NCBI RefSeq assembly: GCF_006345805.1
Contig: NC_042999.1
Location: forward strand, 24,428,001 to 24,492,000
Source of the DNA: Octopus sinensis
Taxonomy: Eukaryota
Direction of reading: 5' to 3'
Length of the DNA: 64,000 nt
In this document: positions 25,821-37,887 of the stretch, in pieces
Layout: every line of letters starts with the position of its first letter
Numbering within the stretch: the stretch's first letter is position 1
Program-made: the position numbers and the translations under genes
The notes under the pieces: generated by a model
Told to the model about the DNA's origin: nothing
The model's database searches: none
What the model saw: the letters and a program-made list of their open reading frames with translations, nothing else

Positions 25821-27180
25821 TACACACACACACAGTATTGAAGCTTGAGAACAATCAGATACATTTGCAACACATCTGTTGAAAATATTATTGTTCACAC
25901 ACATACATATACATATATACATACAGACAGACAGACAGATAGACACACACACACACACACACACATGATCCAGCATGGCCACAACCTCAAGGCTGAAACA
26001 TATAAAAGAATAACAGAATATAAATGTGTGCATGTGTGAGAGAGAGAGTGTGTGTGTATATGTATGTATGTATGTATGTATGTATATATATAATAATGCG
26101 GTTTTTTCAACAGCTTGAACTAAAAGTCAGAGGGGAATGGGATAAACTACTTATATTAACTTGCTATAAAAGCAGGTAGTAATTTTATCTTGTCCTTATT
26201 CATAGTGCAAGTTTTGAAGAGTGCATTTCGATTTTAACAGCTATTTTTTTCAAAGCTATATTGGAACAGCCTAGAAGACGAGCCTCATCCTGAAAGATCT
26301 GTAGAACTCGACAAGGACATCCTGAAAACCCTGGTGGAACAAAATCTCATCGTAACTGTTGAGGAACTAGCAGAGAAGCTTGGATTTGGTCATTCAACCA
26401 TTCATTGACACCTGTGTGCTATCGGAAAAGTCAGCAAATTGGGTCAATGGGTTCCTCACGAACTTTCCGAGTCTAATTGCATACAGAGAGTGAATGTATG
26501 CTTTTCTTTGCTGTCACATCTCACCACTACTGCGCTATGTATATCTATATATATAAAACTGTAGTTGTGTGAGTGTCTGTCCCCTTCGACTTAGATTCCT
26601 AACTACTCCCACATTTTGCGGTGCAGTTTAACCAAATTCGGGTAGCTTATAGTCGTGATTCATATCGAGCCCGTCTGAGTATTAGCGCGCGTCTACGATG
26701 AGTCTACGATTTAAAAAATAATTTAACATCATTTTTTATTCCATTTTAATGCATAATTTTTCGTGTGTCGATGGCGGCGGAGTTGGCGTCCACGCTCACA
26801 CCTGCACCTGTGGGGAAGGGAGTGTAAGGAAATCAACGTCGTAATGCGTTGTCAAGGAGACCAGCGTTCTTTTAGAACAACGACTTCATGGCTTGAAGAC
26901 ACCAAAACAGAAATGGCTAAGAAAGCGTCTACATGAGTCTACGATTTAAAAAAAAATTTACCATCGTTTTTTTTCCATTTTAATGCATTTTTTCGCTATT
27001 ATATAAGGGAAGTAACTCTCTAAAAATGTCTACGATGAGTCAACGATTTTTCAAAAAATTTACCATCATATTTTTTCCATTTTTAATGCATTTTTTGCTA
27101 TTTTTTGGCTATAACTCTCTAAAAATGCTTATATAGTTATTTCCCTTACAAACCCGAGCAACGCCGGGCGATACTGCTAG
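25241..27180 (+). mobile_element. Chimeric Helitron, copy 2
   Basis: Near-identical to 14617-16561 with the same two ends but different flanks. Confidence 0.85.
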
Positions 27181-27524
27181 TATATATATATATATATGGC
27201 CGATGCCAGTGCCGCCTTGACTGGCTTCCGTGCCAATGGCACGTAAAATGCACCAATCAGATCATGACCATTGCCAGCCTCGCCTGGCACCTGTGCAGGT
27301 GGCACGTAAAAAGCACCCACTACACTCACAGAGTGGTTGGCATTAGGAAGAGCATCCAGCTGTAGAAACACTGCCAGATCAGACTGGAGCTTGGTGCAGC
27401 CTTCTGGCTTCCCAGATCCCCGGTCGAACCGTCCAACCCATGCTAGCATGGAGAGCGGACGTTAAACGATGATGATGATGATATATATATATACATATAT
27501 ATATATACATATATATATATATAT

Positions 27525-28565
27525 GAGACCCTGTGCTTGAGGAGACCAATTGAGTCAAGTACATTAACATCAAAATAAATATCAAATGGAAATTGTAGTT
27601 GTGATACCTGTGCCAGTGGCACGTAAAAAGCACCATCCGAACATGGCCAATGCCAGTGCCGCCTTGACTGGCTTCTGTGCTGGTGTCACATAAAAAGCAC
27701 CAACTGATCGTGGCCACTGCCAGCCTCCCCTGGCACCTGTGCCAGTGGCACGTAAAAAGCACCATCCGAACATGGCCAATGCCAGTGCCGCCTTGACTGG
27801 CTTCTGTGCTGGTGTCACATAAAAAGCACCAACTGATCGTGGCACTGCCAGCCTCCCCTGGCACCTGTGCCAGTGGCACGTAAAAAGCACCATCGAACAT
27901 GGCCAATGCCAGTGCCGCCTTGACTGGCTTCTGTGCTGGTGTCACATAAAAAGCACCAACTGATCGTGGCCACTGCCAGCCTCCCCTGGCACCTGTGCCA
28001 GTGGCACGTAAAAAGCACCATCCGAACATGGCCAATGCCAGTGCCGCCTTGACTGGCTTCTGTGCTGGTGTCACATAAAAAGCACCAACTGATCGTGGCC
28101 ACTGCCAGCCTCCCCTGGCACCTGTGCCAGTGGCACGTAAAAAGCACCATCCGAACATGGCCAATGCCAGTGCCGCCTTGACTGGCTTCTGTGCTGGTGT
28201 CACATAAAAAGCACCAACTGATCGTGGCCACTGCCAGCCTCCCCTGGCACCTGTGCCAGTGGCACGTAAAAAGCACCATCCGAACATGGCCAATGCCAGT
28301 GCCGCCTTGACTGGCTTCTGTGCTGGTGTCACATAAAAAGCACCAACTGATCGTGGCCACTGCCAGCCTCCCCTGGCACCTGTACCAGTGGCACGTAAAA
28401 AGCACTCACTACACTCGCAGAGTGGTTGGCATTAGGAAGGGCATCCAGCTGTAGAAACACTGCCAGATCAGACTGGAGCCTGGTGCAGCCTCCTGGCTTC
28501 TCAGACCCCAGTCAAACCGTCCAACCCATGCTAGCATGGAAAGCAGACGTTAAACGATGATGATG
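27525..28565 (+). mobile_element. RTE-type 3'-end element with (GAT)n tail and expanded internal array; other copies near 9590, 11285, 27195, 31203, 32760, 33161, 36095, 36436, 38635, 48185, 51180, 57132
   Basis: Shared ggttggcgttaggaagggcatccagc...aaacgatgatgat 3' end, variable 5' truncation; the RTE assignment is inference. Confidence 0.7.
27607..28400 (+). repeat. Six copies of a 128-129-bp unit (two ~64-bp subunits with a GTGCC-NNN-GGCAC hairpin)
   Basis: Unit starts at 27607, 27736, 27864, 27992, 28121, 28250, 28379. Confidence 0.95.
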
Positions 28566-28985
28566 GCTGTGTGGTTAGGGAGCTTGCTTCCTAGCTACAT
28601 GATTTCGGGTTCAGTCCCATTGCGTGGCACTTTGGGCAGGTGTCTTCCGCTATAGCCCTGAGCCGACCGGTGCTTTGTGATTGAATTCAGTAGGCGGAAG
28701 TTACTGCCATGTGTGTATATGTGCGTATAGCTGCTCAGTGCCTCTCCGAAAGAGAGAGAGGGATATACACACACAAATTGAAGGCAAGACATAAATAATA
28801 GTCATTAAATATTTTTCCTTATTGTAATAAATTTGACCTACAGCTGTTTCCAGAAGTCATTATAGGTTTTCATCAGTCATTTCTAGTTATAACTAAGCAA
28901 TTGCAAAATTTTCTTAAAATTTAATTCAATTTACAATTATATTTGGCCTTCAATTTTATATGATTTGATTTGATTTTAACCTCAC

Positions 28986-29038
<53 letters not shown>

Positions 29039-29777
29039 CCTCTCTTTCTCCCCCCCCCCCAAAAAAAAAACTCACCAAAGCTTTTTCAACCTTCTTGTCA
29101 TAATATAGTTACTGCTGAGTTTTCATTCCTTTTCTAAAACAATTTTCCCACTGTGCAGCATAGTACAAATGACCAAATATTAAAGATTTAACTTGGATCA
29201 TGTGAGTAAGTGGCCGTTATCAAATTTCAACACAATATCTGGAGAGTATTTGACCTGAAAACAATGCAATTGTTTTTCATGTGTGATAACCCAATTACAA
29301 ACACTATAATGCTTCTATGAATCTCTGCCCTTTGTCCTATCAAATATCGCCCTTCCTCTACTCATTCTATTCCTTCCTCTCTTCCTTTCTTTCCTTCTCT
29401 TCACTTTAGTCCTCTTTATATCTCTTCCACTTACCTTACACTGATTCTTATTGTCTCTCTTCACCACCACCCCATCCATACCTGTACCATTCCTTTAGTG
29501 TGTGCTTTGTTATAACCAGAACTAACTAACAAAAGCAGCATTCATTTTTTTTAAGTCATTCAATTTTTTTCAACCAATCTATGGACCGTTTGAGTGAACC
29601 CATCAATTAGCAAACCTATAATGACTACTGCAAACAGCTGTAATTGCTTTGATTTGTGCTTTTGGTACACTAAGATAACAATTTTTTTTTTGTGGTGGGG
29701 AGGGTCTTGTTTTTCTTCTGATATCACCATGTAATGAGGTAAAATAAAAGATTGGGTATTGAGAAAATTTTATTTTC

Positions 29778-30484
29778 CATTGAAACAAAAATAGCTAGTT
29801 CTTTTTGAAAAAATTGGTAGATTTTTCTAATAGAAACAGAAGGGAATGAAAAATATTTTACTTGCCATGGAAACCAAAATAGTTCTTTTTGAAAAAATTG
29901 GTAGATTTTTCTAATAGAAACAGAAGGGAATGAAAAATATTTTACTTGCCATGGAAACCAAAATAGTTCTTTTTGAAAAAATTGGTAGATTTTTCTAATA
30001 GAAACAGAAGGGAATGAAAAATATTTTACTTGCCATGGAAACCAAAATAGTTCTTTTTGAAAAAATTGGTAGATTTTTCTAATAGAAACAGAAGGGAATG
30101 AAAAATATTTTACTTGCCATGGAAACCAAAATAGTTCTTTTTGAAAAAATTGGTAGATTTTTCTAATAGAAACAGAAGGGAATGAAAAATATTTTACTTG
30201 CCATGGAAACAAAATAGTTCTTTTTGAAAAAATTGGTAGATTTTTCTAATAGAAACAGAAGGGAATGAAAAATATTTTACTTGCCATGGAAACCAAAATA
30301 GTTCTTTTTGAAAAAATTGGTAGATTTTTCTAATAGAAACAGAAGGGAATGAAAAATATTTTACTTGCCATGGAAACCAAAATAGTTCTTTTTGAAAAAA
30401 TTGGTAGATTTTTCTAATAGAAACAGAAGGGAATGAAAAATATTTTACTTGCCATGGAAACCAGAATAGTTCTTTTTGAAAAGA
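29778..30484. repeat. ~8 near-identical copies of an 84-bp minisatellite
   Basis: cttgccatgg recurs every 84 bp (once 83) from 29861 to 30448. Confidence 0.95.
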
Positions 30485-30674
30485 TTTTGAGATCTTCCAA
30501 TAGAAAATGCCCCAAAATTTTAATTCACCAATATTCCTAATGTCTCTTGCTAAAATACTCAAGGCAATGGGAAGGATTATCTGTGCATTCAGCACAAGAT
30601 GCATTTACATTTTTTTTGTTTTTTTATCTGCTTCCTTTTTCTTATTTCGCTGTAACAGCCTACACATCTTTTAT

Positions 30675-30876
30675 TGTTGTTGTTAAGCAACAAGACGGGT
30701 AAGGGTGATTAGGTGATGGTCTAGGGTTTAGGTGCAGGAGATCCCAGACCTTGAGAAAAAAGAAAAACATTGGTCGTCTTGTAGTCAAGGGTTCTTCATC
30801 GACACCTGACACCAATGGGAGATGGCCCTCGAAGTCACTGGAAATGGAGATCTCCAGGTCCAAATTCTTGAACAGC
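30675..30876 (-). mobile_element. 5'-truncated non-LTR stub with (AAC)n tail
   Basis: 13-bp TSD acacatcttttat (30662-30674, 30877-30889). Confidence 0.8.
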
Positions 30877-31723
30877 ACACATCTTTTATGAACTATTCTG
30901 TTGGATTTGTCCCTTTCACTGCATCTCTTGAAGTTATGGCAGGTACTAGTACTTGCAGTTCTTGATGTTGCTGGTGGGTGATTGTCCACAGTACAGGGTG
31001 ATTCAATAACAGATTTTCTAAACTCTGCAATCTGCACTTTCTTTGGATCATTCTTTCGAAATACCACTAAAACATTTACTATGGCTGTGCTGAGCAGGTA
31101 TTCAAAAGCAATCCTGTGATGATACTATCTGATCCTTTTTCTAAGAGGTGTGAAGTAGCTCGCCATTTGTTCAGAGATATCTATTCCCTGTTTCATCGTA
31201 TTCATCATCATCATCATTTAACGTCCGCTTTCCATGCTAGCATGGGTTGGATGGTTCAACTTGGGTCTGGGAAGCTAGAAGGCTGCACCAGGCCCAGTCT
31301 GATCTGGCAGTGTTTCTACAGCTGGATGCCCTTCCTAACGCCAACCACTCCGTGAGTGTAGTGGGTGCTTTTTACGTGCCACCGGCACAGAAGCCAGAGC
31401 AGGCTGGCAAACGGCCACGATCGGATGGTGCTTTTTACGTGCCACTGGCACAGGAGCCAGATGAGGCTGGCAAACGGCCACGATCGGATTGGTGCTTATT
31501 ACGTGCCACCGGCTCGGAGGCCAGACGAGGCTAGCAAACGGCCACGATCAGATGGTGCTTTTTACCTGCCACCAGCACGGAGGCCAGTCAGGGCAGTGCT
31601 GGCTACGGCCACATTTGGATGGTTCTCTTATGTAGCTGAGAATTATTTCCGGCTTCTTTACTTCCACATCATTCACTCTTTGCTTTGTTTCCCTGAAGCT
31701 AAGGTCATGTTTCATAGATAACA

Positions 31724-32120
31724 CTAGCAGTATCGCCCGGCGTTGCTCGGGTTTGTAAGGGAAATAACTATATAAGCATTTTTAGAGATGTAAAGTATAA
31801 TAGCCATCTCAATATGGCTAACCACAAAGGGGGGTGTTACTGTAGCTTTTTACGTTTTGAGATTTAATAATACATTTTTAGAGAGTTACTTCCCTTATAT
31901 AATAGCCAAAAAATGCATTAAAATGGGAAAAAATGATGGTAAATTTTTTTTTAAATCGTAGACTCATCATAGATGCGCGCTAATACCCAGAAGGGCTCGA
32001 TATGAATCACGACTATAAGATACCCGCTTTTGGTTACACTGCACCGCAAAATGTGGGAGTAGTTAGGAATCTAAGTCGTAGGAGACAGACAGCACACAAC
32101 CTCACTTTTATATATAAAGA
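31724..32120 (-). mobile_element. Complete Helitron family A inserted at an AT dinucleotide in the piggyBac ORF
   Basis: Precise removal restores the ATG of DVLMLS; no TSD. Confidence 0.95.
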
Positions 32121-33941
32121 TTAGCACATCATGCCTATCCTTCCACTTTGCCGCTACAATTCCATCATTTTGTTACATGCTAGAAGTACCAGCAGGATGA
32201 TAAAGATCATCATCATCTGAAGACAGATTACATTGGGAATTATCATCGCCATCTTCGCTGCTGGAACTGCTCAGAATGTTTTTTCTTAGAACTATGAAAG
32301 AGATTCACTGGTACTCTGCTTTGATCGGTGTTCATTATGAGGTCTGCTGTTTTTGGAATACCTGGTATTGCTAATTTATATTTAGGTTTGCTAATTTAGA
32401 TTATGCTAGTTTGCAAATTATAGATAATTAATAACCTGAAAAGAAAAAAACAAGGTTTAGTATGTATGTAATAGTTATTATATCTCTAAAATTTCCACAC
32501 AACCCACAGGTAGGTCGTGTGGTATCTAGGATGTAATATGAACTAGGGTACCACACGACCCTCCAGTGGGATGTGGGTGTCTAATACTACCTATGTGATG
32601 GTTGCCTCATGTATGGTATAGTGTAAGAAATATTATGCCGTTCATGTCAAAATTAAGATATCGTATTGGGAGCCTGAGATAAAATGTAAAATGAGGCTCA
32701 GGAGCCAATGTGTTGAGATAATCTATAGAGTAGGCATGAATATTCCAAAATTGATCAACATGAATGGAAATTGTCGCTGTGATATCAGTGCTGGTGGCAC
32801 ATAAGAGAACCATCCAAACGTAGCCGTTGCCAGTGCTGCCCAGATTGGCTTCCGTGCCAGTGGCACGTAAAAAGCACCATCCGAGCGTGGCCGTTGCCAA
32901 CTACACCTGGCCTCCGTGCCGGTGGCATGTAAAAAGCACCATCCGACCGTAGCCGTTTGCCAGACTTGTCTGGCACCTGTGCAGGTGGCACGTAAAAAGC
33001 ACCCATTACACTCACGGAGTGGTTGGCGTTAGGAAGGGCATCCAGCCGTAGAAACATTGCCAGATCAGACTGGGCCTGGTGCAGCCTTCTGGCTTCCCAG
33101 ACCCCAGTTGCACCGTCCAACCCATGCCAGCATGGAAAGCGGACGCTAAACGATGATGATGATGATCATCATCATCATCATCGTTTAACATCTGCTTTCC
33201 ATTCTAGCATGGGTTGGACGATTTTGACTGAGGGCTGGCTAGCTAGATGGCTGCACCAGGCTCCAATCTTGATCTAGCAGAGTTTCTACAGCTGGATGCC
33301 CTTCCTAACGCCAACCTCATCTGGCAACGTTTCTACAGCTGGATGCCCTTCCTAACACCAACCACTCCATGAGTGTAGTGGGTGCTTTTTACATGCCACC
33401 GGCACAGGGGCCAGTCAGGCAGCACTGGCAACGACCTCGCTCGAATCTTTTTACACGTGCCACCGGCACAGGTGCCAGTGAAGCGATGTTGTTAACGATC
33501 ACGCTAATTCTAAAACTATAATTTAAACCTATTGAAACTTGTCACATTTTTGCTCACCATCTTCTTAGACCTACAATGAAATCAAGTGCCATACCTAGAA
33601 GCACTACTTAGATCTGGTAGAGGCTTTTTTCTTTTTTCTTTTTGTCTATTTCCTCCAATGTGACCTCTTGATAACTTGCATCAACTGAATCTATGCAGGT
33701 TTGAACCCATTTAGAGAAATCTCCTTGTTTACCTCTTTAACAGTGTTATAAGTTGTGTTCTTTGTTTAATCATTACTATTACTAACAGTAGAATCTGTCC
33801 CCAAATCCTATCCACACAACCAGTTAAGTTCTTTGTGGTTTTGCAATTTACTGTCTTAACTGAATATATCAACATATCTAACACTGTTAATATAAGGAAT
33901 GCAACAAAGCTAATCATTATTTACTTTACTTTTTCTTCTAG

Positions 33942-34109
33942 TTTTACTGCTGAAGATTTGTTTGGACGTATTGAATCAAAACACTCATTCACAGCTGCAA
34001 ATGCCTTTAAATATGATGCATGGCATGCTTTAGTTATTACAAGGAACCATCATCCATTGAAATGGTCTGAAGATATATTTTTAGACTGTATGAAAGTAGC
34101 TAGAGAATG
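33942..34109 (+). CDS. GalT/HIT-like gene exon 6 (FTAEDLFGRIESKHSFTAANAFKYDAWHALVITRNHHPL...AREW)
   Basis: cttctag acceptor, GTGAGT donor, phase 2 to 2, open frame. Confidence 0.92.
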
Positions 34110-35038
34110 GTGAGTTTACTGTTTTCCTTGTAAATATATTCCTTCAAAGGTAAGTTAACCATCAACCAGAATTATGAGTGCAACACCTTAATCCCTTAGC
34201 CGTGCATCCTCAGAACATGATGATGATAATGATAACGGTCTCAAATATTGCCACAAGGCCCACAATTTTAGGGGAGAGTTAAATCAATTACATTGATCCC
34301 AGTGTACAAATGGTACTGAGGAATTGCAACCGTGTTTCGTGGTCTGCTACCACAACAGCTCCTTTATAGGATCCAGTTAGCTCAAGACATCATCAGGAGG
34401 AACCACGTCCGGTTTCGGCCCCTACTCCTCTACCGTTTTGACGTGGCGGGGCCCCCCCCCCTTTCGGAGGTGTCTTCAGCTCTGATGTTGGGTGCATGTC
34501 TTCTTTCTTCTGTTCCCTGGCCTCTTCGATGTATCGTCAGCGAGTGTCAGCTGGTGACTGACTGACTTGTCAAATTTTTCCCTTTAAATACCTGCCGCTA
34601 GGCTCCAGCAGGCAGCCCATAGAATGAAAGGCAAAGTTGACCTCTGCAGGATTTGAACTTGAAACTTAAAGATGAACGAAATGCTGCTATGCATTTTACC
34701 CAGGATTCTGCCAGCTCTCTTACCTTAATAATCATCATCATCATCGTTTAACGTCCGCTTTCCATACTAGCATGGGTTGGACGGTTCAACTGGGGTCTGG
34801 CAAGCCCGAAGGCTGCACCAGGCCAGTCAGATTTGGCAAATGATATTATTATATATAGAAGTGAAGTTCTAACTGAAAACTGAAATTGCTAGTTTTGGTC
34901 AATGTGAAAATGCTGAAAGAACATTGGATCAGAAGATAAACTGTAGTACATTATTTCTCTCCCTCTTATTCATGGATTCATTCTTTTGCTTTCTCTCGTG
35001 AGTTTTCTATATTATATATTGCTTATTTATTATTACAG

Positions 35039-35169
35039 GTATGATAAAGTACATTCAGTAGATATCCGCTACAAATTACCAACGTTATTGTGGGATCTGC
35101 TGCCCCATGCCAGTGCCAGCCAAGTTCATCCACATATGCATATCAATCTACTTCCAGACAGATATTATG
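35039..35169 (+). CDS. GalT/HIT-like gene exon 7 (…WDLLPHASASQVHPHMHINLLPDRYY), histidine-triad motif
   Basis: ttacag acceptor, GTAAAT donor, phase 2 to 1; HPHMH triad. Confidence 0.92.
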
Positions 35170-35318
35170 GTAAATAGATTTAAATGAGAAATTATTTGGT
35201 CATAAAGTCAACTGTATCTTCTTTATTTGTGTTCATTTTCCATTCTGATATTCCAGCATAAGTACCCAACTGCATCTCCCGACCACAAATCACATATTCA
35301 CCACTAAACTGTCTACAC

Positions 35319-35537
35319 CAGTGCTTTTCAAACGTTTTGCTGGAGCGGAACCCCAAGGAAACATTCCACTGGCTCGAGGAACCCCTGTGCAATAAGTTAA
35401 TAGTCTTCTGCACACATATCTGCACAGGAGAATTAAAAATTACTGCCGCATTTAGCAGTTTTGTAACTTCTTGTGGAACCCCTGGACCGTACTGGCGGAA
35501 CCCTAAGGTTCCGCGGAACCCTGGTTGAAAACCACTG
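35319..35537. mobile_element. hAT-type MITE
   Basis: TIR CAGTG(C/G)TTTTCAA, 8-bp TSD gtctacac. Confidence 0.9.
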
Positions 35538-37134
35538 GTCTACACCAACAACAAAAGTTGATTATTTCATCAATGACAGAAACTCATAGACCTTGTAATC
35601 AACTTCATTTTTTTCTTTTGCATTAGGTGGATTAAACAATAATTCTTCTCAGCAGATTATCTATCTGTTGCTTGTTCTATTCCAAAAAAAACATCCCAGC
35701 AACTACTCACCAGGAAAGAGATAAACTGGGAGGATGTAGAATTAAATTAAATACCTACAGCAGATTCTGATTACTGATTCATGAACTGATGGTCCGTTAC
35801 CTAGTCTGTTCAACCATTTCAATTTCACAAAGCCACTTAGAATTGAAATTAAGACATTTTAAACAATTGATGTGTAAATAGATAGGCAGAGGTCACTTTG
35901 CTAAGTAGTGGAGACACATGGCTTAGTGATTAGGGTATTGGACTCACGTCTGCAGGAAACTTGTTTATTTTTATTAAGACTTTTTTTGCTACCAATTTTT
36001 CACAACAGTGTTAATAATAGTGTAGGAACTACTCATGCAAGAATTTAAAGCAATGTACTATAAAATAAAAATATATTTACTCTTAGTTTGAGATGATGGC
36101 ACGTAAAAAGCACCATCCGATTGTGGCCGTTGCCAGCCTCATCTGGCCCCCGTGCCGGTGGCACATAAAAAGCACCCACTACACTCATGGAGTGGTTGGC
36201 GTTAGGAAGGGCATCCAGCTGTAGAAACACTGCCAGATCAAACTGGGCCTGGCGCAGCCTTCTGGCTTCCCAGACCCCAGTTGAACTGTCCAACCCATGC
36301 TAGCATAGAAAACGGACATTAAACGATGATGATGATCATCATCATAAGATCATGGTTTTGATTCCTGGACTGGGCGATGCATTGTGTTCTTGATCAAAAC
36401 ACTTCATTTCATGTTGCTCCAGTCTACTCAGCTAATCATCATCATCATCATCATCATCGTTTAGCGTCCGCTTTCCATGCTAGCATGGGTTGGATGGTTC
36501 AACTGGGGTCTGGGAAGCCAGAAGGCTGCACCAGGCCCAGTTTGATCTGGCAATGTTTCTACGGCTGGATGCCCTTCCTAACGCCAACCACTCCATGAGT
36601 GTAGTGGGTGCTTTTTACGTGCCACCGGCACAGGTGCCAGATGAGTCTGGCAAACAACCACGATCAGATGGTGCTTTTTATGTGCCACCGGCACAGGGGC
36701 CAGGCGAGGCTGGCAAACGGCCACAATCGGATGGTGCTTTTTATGTGCCACCGGCACGAGGCCAGTCGGGGCAACACTGGCAACGGCCACGAATGGATGG
36801 TGCTTTTTACTGAATAATCCTGTGATGGACTTGTGTCCTATCTAGGGAGGAATATATACACCAAAGAAACCAGGAAACTAGCCCTTTGCTGCTTATGAAG
36901 CAATGTGGACTAACCACTTTGCTAAGAACATAATAAAAGAAAAGGAAGAGTAGACTTGTTATATAAACTTAGGAGGATTTTTGAAAAAGCAAAAAACTGC
37001 TAATATGATAACTGTGAGAACAGCATTTGACCACATTCTCTAAGCCAGCCACAGAAGCTGTGTTGTTTGCAAAAAGATTAAAATATAGGTCATCTCAAAC
37101 CTAGATATGTAATTCTTCTTTCTTTCTTTTCTTT

Positions 37135-37307
37135 TCTTTTACTTGTTTCACCACCTTTAATCGAGCAACTTGACCCCGGGACTTATTCTTTTGTAAGCCC
37201 AGTACTTATTCTATCGGTCTCTTTTGCCGAACCGCTAAGTAATGGGGACATAAACACACCAGCATCGGTTGTCAAGCAATGCTAGGGGGACAAACACAGA
37301 CACACAA

Positions 37308-37360
<53 letters not shown>

Positions 37361-37530
37361 TACGACAGGCTTCTTTCAGTTTCCGTCTACCAAATCCACT
37401 CACAAGGCTTTGGTCACCCCGGGGCTATAGTAGAAGACACTTGCCCAAGGTGCCACACAGTGGGACTGAACCCGGAACCATGTGGTTGGTAAACAAGCTA
37501 CTTACCACACAGCCACTCCTGCGCCTATGT
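37135..37530 (-). mobile_element. tRNA-derived SINE family B (CORE-like gcaccttgggcaagtgtcttc) with internal microsatellite; other copies near 12390-12765, 20875-20990, 28565-28790, 43105-43510, 44940-45097, 53740-54115, 58440-58625
   Basis: A-box tggctgtgtgg, B-box ggttcagtccc; dispersed homologous copies. Confidence 0.8.
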
Positions 37531-37718
37531 GCATTGTTTATAACTACTAACTACCTGGCTTAATATTATTTCAACATCACACTAGAACAAGGCATGGTAT
37601 ATTTGGAACAATGGAATTAGTCATTTGAGAACTCCCTGCATGCCATAGATTTGCTAGCAACCAGAACTGACCTTTACTGCGATATCCTTTTAATGTCTCT
37701 CCTATCATTTCCTTACAG

Positions 37719-37861
37719 GGGTTATAGAAAACTGGCGCATTGCAGCTGAACACTTCAGTAATGATTATCCAGACAGAAACTATTTCTCAGAAGTACTCTA
37801 CATCCATTCAATGTTAGACTTGGCTTTCCATTATAAAACTGCTGCTGCATTTGCTAATATT
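37719..37861 (+). CDS. GalT/HIT-like gene exon 8 (VIENWRIAAEHFSNDYPDRNYFSEVLYIHSMLDLA...FANI)
   Basis: ccttacag acceptor, GTGAGT donor, phase 1 to 0. Confidence 0.9.
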
Positions 37862-37887
37862 GTGAGTATCTTTGCATTTCTCTTCTT

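Larger units (their letters stand above)
30536..32300 (-). pseudogene. piggyBac transposase relic, internally deleted, with three nested insertions
   Basis: After removing the inserts: KWKDRHDVLMLSMKHD...KKPEIILSYNTMKQGIDISEQMASYFTPLRKRIR*YH...KRCVGCY...CAECTDNPSHCL. Confidence 0.9.

Noticed and set aside
27379-28405. 317-aa and 196-aa repetitive ORFs
   Set aside because: By-products of the 129-bp (43-codon) tandem array; the frame is broken by single-base deletions
29724-30604. Repetitive FPWQVKYF... ORFs and a CRISPR-like appearance
   Set aside because: Perfect 84-bp tandem units with no unique spacers and no cas genes; eukaryotic context
32503-32570. Short inverted repeat as the piggyBac terminal repeat
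   Set aside because: No adjacent TTAA and no matching partner at the other end; at most a subterminal repeat
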